64,000 bases of DNA from NCBI GenBank assembly GCA_965112735.1, contig OZ218961.1:1054001-1118000 (forward strand), in the 5' to 3' direction. Source of the stretch: Phaeosaccion multiseriatum (Eukaryota; Protista; Ochrophyta, other classes). Within the stretch, counting starts at the first letter, position 1, and each line of letters begins with the position of its first letter. The notes beneath the pieces are model-generated. The model ran no database searches. It was not told where the DNA came from and was given only the letters and a program-made list of their open reading frames with translations. The translations under genes were made by a program, and so were the position numbers. Positions 48,697 through 58,062 of this stretch are shown here, in pieces.

Positions 48697-51422
48697 CCCT
48701 TGTATGTCAATTAACCCCGATAAATGTCAGTAGGACCGAAAACTTTTTTGTCATTTTTTTGGATCGGCTGGGGCGCGTGAGGGAGGAGATGAATACTAGA
48801 TATACGGACTATCCCAGACGAAGCGCTTGCGCAAGCTTGAGGAAAACACAGTGAACTCGGGATTGGGCAGCTGAGAGCGTGCTCGCAGCAGCTTTGTGGC
48901 AAGAGTTAGCGGGTGAGCGGCAAAGGTGCGTTTTTCTCCAACCTTAGTTTCGAGAGAGAGAGAGGACGGAGGGGGGTATACCCATAGAGATAAGCCGTGG
49001 GCAAGATAGGATCTCCTCTCCAGGAGTGTACGAAACTTTTCATATGCACCGCATGCTCTTCCGCCTCCAGCTCGTTGGCAGTTTTGCCCCTGAAGTTAGG
49101 GTACTCCACCTTCACAGTTGCATGTCTCTGAGACGTGGACGCTGCTCTATTCTACCGATTTTCAGGGCCCATCAGGGCGTCATCTCGTCCGCAGGACACG
49201 TCTGATGACCCCCGTACCGCCGCTGTCCATGGGCGGAGGGCAAGAGGTCTATCGCAGGTCGTCACCCGAGGTGGCCGAAAAGGTGAGGGCGCACGAGAGG
49301 GGGAGAGGGCGTGAGATGGAAGGCTTCGCCTGGCAGTTACGAGCGGGGCAAGAGGGATCAACATCACTCATATATAGCCTGGCTTGTGACCAAGTTTTAG
49401 CTTCAAAGGTCATAATCCCATGTGCAAAATCGCATACATGTACTCCCCTCTCTTTTGCCTTTGAAGGGTCCTTTTTGTGAGGTCATGAGCAGCCGATCCC
49501 ACGCCCTGTCAGAGCATCGGTCTTGCTTAAGGGGCGTAATACTAACTCCCCTGCCCCCTGTTATTGCGGGACGTGGGTGGTGGGGCGATCGGGGGGACTT
49601 CGACATCTTCTCCCGAGGTCACTGCACAGGTGGCGAAGTATGAGGGTGGAGAGGAAAGGGAAGGAACCTTCCCGGCAGAGTCAAGGGCGACACAAGGTAT
49701 GTTGTGGCATCTAGTGTGTGAGTTGTCAGATGTCCAACTTTCAGCTTCAGCGAGCTTAACCAGACATGGGAAATCACCTCGTGTCCACCTCCCTAATTTT
49801 GGCCCCTTCGGTTAGGTCATCACGAGGGTCATTACCGGGGCAGGAGAACGACTGCGGCGACCATCCTGCCTCTCTTCAGGGAGCGAGAAGGTAAGGAGCA
49901 AGGGGTTCACGAGCGGCAGTGGCCAGACGAGCGGGGGGAAGAGAAGCAGGCGTCCAGATAGAAGTCAAGCTTATCCGCCTCGTCGTCCACCCCGGGGGAC
50001 GCCCTTGCTGCACGATCAGCTGCAGCTCCTCCTGGCTACTGCGGATGAGCGTGCTCGTATTGAAGCCTACCAGCCACGAGTGAGAGAAGCTCAATCAAGC
50101 AGCAGCTGGACGCGCCATCGGCTGCCGAGGCGGCCATGGGAGCTGAGCCGGAGAAAGGGGGGGGGGTAGCGTGCTGTTGCTGTGGGTGGTGGTGTTCGTC
50201 GTGGCACATGGTCGAAAAGCGAGAATGACTCAGGGGCGACAGGACGATGAGCCGCAAGGCCATACTCAAGTGGCTGACCGCCCTGTATGCAGAGAAAGTG
50301 GGGTGGAGGCCGTGGCAGGGGGGTTAGGAGCTGCCAGAGGAGGGCTTGGCGGGCTACCGAGACAGATTTCGCAGGTAAGACGGAGCCTCGTGCAGCATCT
50401 ATAGTAGTAGTAGCCGTAGCAGCACCGATAAGGGGAGGAGGGGCAGTGTGTGTACAGTTGGAGCTGCCCATCCGTGAAATTGGGTTAAAATGACGAATAT
50501 ACACATAGATAGCGTTGTAAATCGCATCCTCGCCAAGGAGAGCATGTAAAGAGTACCAAATCGGCGCATGGTCATGAGGTATAGCCTCGCGTTGTATCTG
50601 GCCCATATCTATCGTCATACCCTCTCTTCCCCCTCGATCGAGGGTCAGGATGACGACGAAAAGGGGCCCTTCACACTTGTAAATTCTCTCCCTCACTCTG
50701 TAGCTCCTGAAAGGACACTTCGAGTTGCCCAGCACTCAGCAGACTATGTATCCCTCAAGTCTTCTCAAGGGTTTCATATATCGTGGTCTGCTGGTCGCAC
50801 ACGCTCCTCCCTCTCCTCACCATTTTTGAGGTGAAAACTGCTGCCATAAGTGTTTCCATCTCGCCTCACCCCTTCTGCTCCACAGCACCTGCAATCGCAC
50901 TCTTAGCTGCTCAACGTCGACTTCCATATGTGGGTCGCAGTCTGCTCAAAGCCATTCCTCCCTCATGGGCTCTTGCTCGCACACGCTCTTCCCCCACTCC
51001 CCCCTTGTTTGAGGCCCAAATTCCCGCCAAAGCAACGGACATTTCAGCTCCACATGTTAGCCCACTATCTCCTAAGACCGCGCTCCCAGCTTCACATCGG
51101 CTATTTGACTACATAATCCGTATTCAGCCCGAAGATTATCACCTCTTGTGTGAGCTACGCCTCTCTCTTTCTCCCTTGTTCAGGGGCAAAGATCTCGTCA
51201 ACATAGCAGCACATTTCACCTCCTAAATCGCTCTATACAGACGCAACAATCAGACTTTAAGCTGCTCAACATCTAGAATACTGTCTTTGCCTCAGATCTC
51301 CCGAAGCGCTTCGCCTGTGGTGCTCTGTAGCGTGCGTAATACCTCTTTTCCTGAGCCCACTCAAAATGTTGAGTCTACTGATTTTCTACTGACATTTATC
51401 GGGGTTAATTGACATACAAGGG
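48697..51422. mobile_element. 2.7-kb putative non-autonomous DNA transposon with perfect 37-bp terminal inverted repeats
   Basis: cccttgtatgtcaattaaccccgataaatgtcagtag at 48697-48733 and its exact reverse complement at 51386-51422. The paralogous site near 54225-54280 lacks the insert. No intact transposase seen. Confidence 0.85.
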
Positions 51423-51592
51423 CCGCCGGGCCCCAGCCTTACCTGTAGTCTTCCGCGAAGTGAGTAAAACTGTGCAGTCCCGAGCTCCTTAGCTGTGTAG
51501 ACAACGAGAGCTAGGGGGGAGGACGGAGAGCTCAAGAGGGGAGAGGGAGAGAGACTTCAAGGAGGGGGGGAGAGAAGGCAAAAGGGAAAGAG

Positions 51593-52876
51593 ATGGAGGG
51601 AGGAAAGAGACGAGCAGCAGCGGAAAACATTCCCTCTTCGCGTGCTTCAAAGAAACACTCAGGAGAACCCGTTACCGAGGCAGCAGACTGGGATGGAGTA
51701 AAGGTGCTGACCCTCATTGTTGCAAACGTGGGCTCCATCAAGAGGCTGTGGGGCTTGTCCAGGGTGGTGGATGCAGTCGTGGGGAGACGAGTTGTTCTAC
51801 ACTGCGATGTGCCTAAAGCAGTCCAGCAGAGAATACTGAAGATGCTCGAGCACCAGCAGCGGCTTGAGCTTGAGCCATCCGGGGAAGGAGGAGCATCCTC
51901 TGCTACTGAGGATGGACAAAGACCATGCGTCCAGGAGGAGCAGCAGCGGGCCCAGGAGTGTGGAGAGGGAGGAGGGGAGATTCCCGACGAAAGGTATTTT
52001 CCCGTCAGCGCTGTCACGCTGGGCGTTGCTAACACGCGGTGTACACGGGCGGACATTGCCCTTGTCCAGGAAGGGCTGAGAGTGCTCCCTCCCTCGGTGA
52101 AGCACGTTCGCTTGGGAGAGATTTTCAGCTGTCGTGGCCTGCGTCTTCCTGATGGGCTGGAGAGTGTACATTTTGGAGAACAGTTTTCCGAAGAGGTCAA
52201 ACTTCCGCACGCCTTGAGAGAGTTGAGCTTTGATCCTGAGTCCATTTACAATCGTCCTTTGGACCTCCCCCCATCGCTGCGGAAGATCACGCTTGGGGAA
52301 TGGTTTAACCATGACATGAATCTTCCTGCCTCTCTTCGGACTCTGGAGCTGGGATGGCACTATAACCAGCCTCTATCGGATCTGCCGGACGGGCTGAAGG
52401 AGCTGAAATTTGCCGGGGCCTCGAGGTTTAATCATCCATTAACCCTGCCTGCCTCTCTTCGGACTCTGGAGCTGGGATGGCACTATAACCAGCCCCTATC
52501 GGATCTGCCGGACGGGCTGAAGGAGCTGAAATTTGCCGGGGCCTCGAGGTTTAATCATCCGTTAACCCTGCCTGCCTCTCTTCGGACTCTGGAGCTGGGA
52601 TGGCAGTATAGGCAGCCCCTATCGGATCTGCCGGACGGGCTCAAGGAGCTGAAATTTGCCGGGGCCTCGATGTTTAATCATCCGTTAACCCTGCCTGCCT
52701 CTCTTCGGACTCTGCACCTGGGAGAGAAGTATAACCAGCCCCTATCGGATCTGCCTGCAGGTCTGAAGCGACTCGAGGTTTTGGAGGGATGCGAGCTCCC
52801 TGCTCAGCTGCCCGAGGGCCTTCAAGTGAGGTTCTTCGCATATGAGGGGAGTGGGGATGAGGATAATGATGATGAA

Positions 52877-52914
<38 letters not shown>

Positions 52915-52963
52915 GGAGGAGGAGGAGGAGGAGGATGAGGAGGAGGAGGAGGAGGTGGAGTAG
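51593..52963 (+). CDS. Intron-free FNIP/LRR-type repeat protein, copy A (3.5 x 41-aa units, acidic tail)
   Basis: 123-bp units at 52322, 52445, 52568, 52691: LPASLRTLELGxxYNQPLSDLPDGLKELKFxxxSxFNHPLT. Confidence 0.88.
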
Positions 52964-53160
52964 TAGTATTCTTAAGGTGACGCGAACGCAGCACACTGAT
53001 GATGATGAAGGAGGAGGGCGGCGGGAGGGAGGGGGAAGAGTATAAGGCCGAAGCGGAGACGGTGATGATTACATGACGGACGAGTGGAGGAGGTGAGACG
53101 TGTGCAGCTTGATTACGGTGACTGCAAGGACCGGCTGGTCGCACGGCTGGTCGCATGGCT

Positions 53161-54232
53161 TGGACCGGCGCTTTGGTGAGATTGTGGCAAGCATGCACCT
53201 GTCGGATCTGGAGAGCACTGCCCTGCAGCTGTGTGTGCAGAGGTCGGATCCGTCCATAGCCGCCGCTCTTGAGGTGTTCCGTCTGGAGGAGGACGAGACC
53301 GACCTCAAGGATACTCTCCGGCGGCTGGCCAGGGTGACGCTGGAGCAACTGCAGGCGCCCGACCCCTCCTCCTCCTCCTCCTCCTCCTCCTCCTCCTCCT
53401 CCTCCTCCTCCTCCTCCTCCTCCTCCTCCTCCTCCTCCTCCTCCTCCTCCTCCTCCTCCTCCTCCTCCTCCTCCTCCTCCTCCTCCTCCTCCTCCTCCTC
53501 CTCCTCCTCCTCCTCCTCCTCCTCCTCCTCCTCCTCCTCCTCCTCCTCCTCCTCCTCCTCCTCCTCCTCCTCCTCCTCCTCCTCCTCCTCCTCATCCCCC
53601 TCCTCCTCCTCCTCCTCCTCCTCCTCCTCCTCCTCCTCTTCCTCCTCGCGGGGAGAGCCGCTTTCAGGAGGAGGAGGAGCGGCATCAGCAGGGCACGAGA
53701 GGAGGGCGAGGAGGGGGGGGGAGGGGAGGAGGGAGGCAGAGCACGAGGGGTGGACATGACGTCTGCGGGCCGGGAGAGCTTGTTCCAGACGCTCGTGGCG
53801 GACTTGGTGAAGAACGCCATTGTGCCCTCTCCGGCGGCGGGGGCGGCTCTGCTGGCCATGTTCGACGCTCGCGACTCGAGGGTCATGGCTGCGCTACACG
53901 GCTACGAGGAGAGCGCGGACATGGAGCAGCTGGTGGTGGACCTGCACGCTGTGCTGGGGGCTGTGCAGCAGTAGCTCTGGAGGGCAGAGGAGAGGTGGGC
54001 ACTATTAACCACTGGCAGGTAGTGGCAGGATAGCAGCAGCAGGAGGAGCAGGAGGAAGAGGACGAGGAGGAGGAGAAGGCGAGAGAGAGGGAAAGCCCCC
54101 ATGCCTTTGTTGTATAGCAGGAAAGGTTTTATTATAAATTAATTGACGAAGGATCGAGAAGGAAAATAGAGACTCCTGGAGGTGGTGCGTGGGCGCGTGT
54201 GACGATGTAGTATGTCAATGGGGGAGGCTGGC
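53161..54232 (+). pseudogene. Duplicated 3' end (last two repeats plus UTR) of the 43250-48448 gene, frameshifted, with an expanded (CCT)n
   Basis: Matches 47898-48696; frame broken near 53695-53720; CCT tract expanded to ~280 bp (53365-53647). Confidence 0.92.
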
Positions 54233-54363
54233 CCATCCCCCCCCCTCCCCGTCGCAAAGTCGCAAAACACAAGTCTGTGCAGTCCCGAGTTCCTTAGTTG
54301 TGTAGACAGAGGGGAGGCGGAGAAACTTCAAGGAGGGGGGGAGAGAAGGCAAAAGGGAAAGAG

Positions 54364-55947
54364 ATGGAGGGAGGAAAGAGACGAGCAGCAGCGGGAATCA
54401 TTGCCTCTTCGCGTGCTTCAAAGAAGCACTCAGGAGACCCCGTTACCGAGGCAGCAGACTGGGATGGAATGAAGGTGCTGACCCTTATTGTTGCAAACGT
54501 GGGCTCCATCAAGAGGCTATGGGGCTTGTCCAGAGTGGTGGATGCAGTCGTGGGGAGGCGAGTTGTTCTACACTGCCATGTGCCTAAAGCGGTCCAACAG
54601 AGAATGCTGAAGATGCTCGAGCACCAGCAGCGGCTTGAGCTTGAGCCATCTGGGGAAGGAGGAGCATCCTCTGCTGCTGAGGATGGACAAAGACCATGCG
54701 TTCAGGAGGAGCAGCAGCGGGCCCGGCAGTGTGGAAAGGGAGGAGGGGAGATTCCCAACGAAAGGTATTTTCCCGTCAGCGCTGTCACGCTGGGCGTTGC
54801 TAACACGCGGTTTACACGGGCGGACATTGCCCTTGTCCAGGAAGGGCTGAGAGTGCTCCCTCCCTCGGTGAAGCACGTTCGCTTGGGAGAGATTTTCAGC
54901 TGTCGTGGCCTGCGTCTTCCTGATGGGCTGGAGAGTGTACATTTTCCTGAGTCCATTTACAATCGTCCTTTGGACCTCCCCCCATCGCTGCGGAAGATCA
55001 CGCTTGGGAGCTCGTTTAACCATGACATGAATCTTCCTGCCTCTCTTCGGACTCTGGAGCTGGGATGGCACTATAACCAGCCTCTATCGGATCTGCCGGA
55101 CGGGCTGAAGGAGCTGAAATTTGACTGGGCCTCGAGGTTTAATCATCCGTTAACCCTGCCTGCCTCTCTTCGGACTCTGCAGCTGGGAATCCAGTATAGG
55201 CAGCCCCTATCGGATCTGCCGGACGGGCTGAAGGAGCTGAAATTTGTCGATTTGTCGTGCTTTAATCATCCATTGATCCTGCCTGCCTCTCTTCGGACTC
55301 TGCAGCTGGGAAATAATTACAGTCAGCCCCTATCGGATCTGCCGGGCGGGATGAAGGAACTGAAATTTGCCTATGGCTCGAGTTTTAATCATCCGTTAAC
55401 CCTGTCGGCCTCTCTTCGGACTCTGCACCTGGGACGGTACTACACGCTGCCCCTATCGGATCTGCCGGACGGGCTGAAGGAGCTGAAATTTTCCGATGAC
55501 TCGAAGTTCAATCATCCATTTAGCCTTCCTGCCACTCTTCGGACGCTGGAGCTGGGAAGGGAGTATAACCAGCCCCTATCGGATCTGCCGGACGGGCTGA
55601 AGGAGCTGAAGTTTGCCTGGAAGTCCGCGTTCAATCATCCATTGGCCCTGCCTGCCTCTCTTCGGACTCTGCAGCTGGGAAAGGAGTATAACCAGCCCCT
55701 ATCGGATCTGCCGGACGGGCTGAAGGAGCTGAAATTTTCCAAGGCCTCGATGTTCAATCATCCGTTAACCCTGCCTGCCTCTCTTCGGACTCTGCAGTTG
55801 GGACTGCATTACGGTCAGCCCCTATCGGATCTACCTGCAGGTCTGAAGCGACTCGAGGTTTTGGAGGGATACGAGCTCCCTGCTCAGCTGCCCGAGGGCT
55901 TTCAAGTGAGGATCTGTCACGTGGATGAGGATGATTATGATTATTGA
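54364..55947 (+). CDS. Intron-free FNIP/LRR-type repeat protein, copy B (6.5 x 41-aa units)
   Basis: Same N-terminus as copy A (MEGGKRRAAA...); 123-bp units start at 55033; lacks one 20-aa subrepeat present in copy A. Confidence 0.88.
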   Translation: MEGGKRRAAAGIIASSRASKKHSGDPVTEAADWDGMKVLTLIVANVGSIKRLWGLSRVVDAVVGRRVVLHCHVPKAVQQRMLKMLEHQQRLELEPSGEGGASSAAEDGQRPCVQEEQQRARQCGKGGGEIPNERYFPVSAVTLGVANTRFTRADIALVQEGLRVLPPSVKHVRLGEIFSCRGLRLPDGLESVHFPESIYNRPLDLPPSLRKITLGSSFNHDMNLPASLRTLELGWHYNQPLSDLPDGLKELKFDWASRFNHPLTLPASLRTLQLGIQYRQPLSDLPDGLKELKFVDLSCFNHPLILPASLRTLQLGNNYSQPLSDLPGGMKELKFAYGSSFNHPLTLSASLRTLHLGRYYTLPLSDLPDGLKELKFSDDSKFNHPFSLPATLRTLELGREYNQPLSDLPDGLKELKFAWKSAFNHPLALPASLRTLQLGKEYNQPLSDLPDGLKELKFSKASMFNHPLTLPASLRTLQLGLHYGQPLSDLPAGLKRLEVLEGYELPAQLPEGFQVRICHVDEDDYDY

Positions 55948-55964
55948 TGATGGTTATGATGGTG

Positions 55965-56530
55965 AGGATGATCATCCATTGCTTTTGCTTCCTCTTCCTG
56001 CCTTTCTTCGGATACTGGTGCTGGGGTGGAAGTACACACATCCCTTGTCGCTCCCTGACCGGCTTGAGGTGTTGAGATTTTTGCGGTTCGCTAGGTTCAA
56101 TCAGCCCTCGGCCCTTCCTGCGTCTCTCCGGACTCTGTGGCTGGGGTGGGGAGGAGCTACACGCAGCCCCTATCGCTGTCTTAGAGGCTTGAGGAGCCAA
56201 AATCTAGCGAAGGAAGAGCTTTCAACCACCACCAGCCACCACTTAACCAGGCTGCTTCTCTGCGGACTCTGCAGCTGGGGTGGGGAGGGAGTACACGCGG
56301 AGTACACGCAGAGCCCATCGTATCGTATCTGCCTGAAGGGCTGAAGCGGATTACTGCGGGGAGGAGGTGCAGCAGCTCCCTGATGCCCGGCCTGATGAGG
56401 GCGTTCTGGTTTGTGGTGGAGTTCTTCGAAGGGAAGCAAGACAACGAGCAGGGGTAGGCAGGGTGGTGTGTGGTCCGACGACGTCGACGATGACGACGAC
56501 GACGACGACGACGAGGGGGAGGAGATGCAA
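55965..56530 (+). pseudogene. Degenerate third FNIP-repeat remnant with no N-terminal domain
   Basis: LPAFLRILVLGWKYTHPLSLPDRLEVLRF...FNQPSALPASLRTLWLG, then frameshifted ctgcggactctgcagctgggg and ctgcctgaagggctgaagcgg, then an acidic tail like copies A and B. Confidence 0.75.
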
Positions 56531-56669
56531 CGGGTACTCACTGCTCGGCCTGATGGTGTGGCTATACATGGTGGCGGCTTGCTGGCCAGGTGCCCCTCTA
56601 CTTGAGTGCCGTGTTCTGTTGTCGGCTTTGATGGTGCGTGGAGCACGGGAGGCGTTACATGGTGGGCGG

Positions 56670-56846
56670 ATGGCACCGAATCGAAATGGAACACAGCAAA
56701 CCTTTTGTCTCCCCCTTGTCCTTGTTCATTCTTTACTCTATTATATAAACGTTACGTATAAATGGCACTGAATCGAAATGGAGCAAAGCAAACTTTGTGT
56801 CTCCCCCTTGTCCTTGTTCACTCTTTACTCTATTACTATATAAACG
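56670..56846. repeat. ~83-bp direct repeat x2 (period 92)
   Basis: atggcacYgaatcgaaatgga...ccttgtccttgttca.tctttactctatta...tataaacg at 56670 and 56762. Confidence 0.88.
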
Positions 56847-58062
56847 GCATGTATATATAAAAACCCTCCCTCCGACGAATCTCTCCGCGGAGATGGAGTC
56901 GTCAGGCTACTGTAGGCTACTGTGGTATCATCCACTGCTGCTGCTGCTGCTATGTGCCAGAGGAACTATGTTCAACTTGCTTGCGTGCACCAATAACCAA
57001 TAACCGCAACAACTGCTGCTGCTGCGGGTGGTGCTGCTGCTGACTTCAACACACCGGCCCATTCGCCCTGCCTTCTCTCCCTTACTCCCCTCCCCTGGCT
57101 CTGTAACCGCTGTAACCGCCCTGTGATCGATCGCCCCCCGATGCTCACTCTGCAATTGAGTTGCCTCGTACTACGAAGTACAATTGTATGTGCGGCCTAG
57201 GCCTCGAGCCCTCCTGTCGCTGTTCGGAGGAGGAGGCAGCGTCGCCAAGTGATGATCTAGCCTTCGCCCTCCCCTCCCCTCCCTCCCTCCCTCCCTACCT
57301 ACCTACCTCCCTCCCTACCTCCCTCCCTCCCTCCCTCCCTCCCTCTTTCCCTCCCTCCCTCCCTCCATCCCTCCCTCCCTCCCTCCCTCCCTCCCTCCCT
57401 CCCTCCCTCCCTCCCTCCCTCGCTTTGGCGGCACACCAACGTGGCCTCAAGGTCCGAAGCAAACCCTCCCTCCCCTCTACCTCCCCCTCCCCCCCCCAAC
57501 CCTCTCTCTGCTATCAGTCTTCCCAAAAATAGCAGAGCTTGCCGACGCACACCTCCCCCCGCCCCGAACAACCAACTGCTGCACGTGCAGAGGGTGCCAT
57601 CTGCTTTCGAATGCCATGTCCGCCCTCCCCAACCCACCCACCCACCCACCCCCCCACCTGCCGCCCCTCCCTCCCCCCCCCCCTCCGTCTCAAGCCTCCT
57701 CGGCCAACATCAGCGCGGGCGATGCGGTGGGTCGAGAGCAAAACCGCGGGCCGTTCGCCTCTCTCTGCCTCTCTATCGGTCTCTCTTGTCCCTCCCTCTC
57801 TCTCATATTTTCCTCTCTCCCTCTCTATCTTCGTCCTCTCTCTGCCTCTCTCTCTCTCCCCCCCCCCCCTCTCTCTCTCTGGTGTAGTGGTGTTGGCTCT
57901 CGACTCGGAAAACTCTCATTCCGCCCTCGTGCTCACTTCACTCCACAACACGTGAGGTATCACTCTCATGAGTTTGAGTTTGAGTTTGCAGGACGACATT
58001 GGGACTGGGTTTCCGAGTCGATAGCCAGCCCACTCACCCTACATGAGTGCTTACATGAGTGC

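Noticed and set aside
48697-51422. Assigning the TIR element to piggyBac, hAT or Mutator, or calling a transposase in it
   Set aside because: The CCC start resembles piggyBac but there is no TTAA; no 8-9 bp TSD; no DDE-like ORF recognisable.
54364-55947. Diversity-generating retroelement as the cause of FNIP variability
   Set aside because: No reverse transcriptase or template repeat in the window, and the changes are not adenine-specific.
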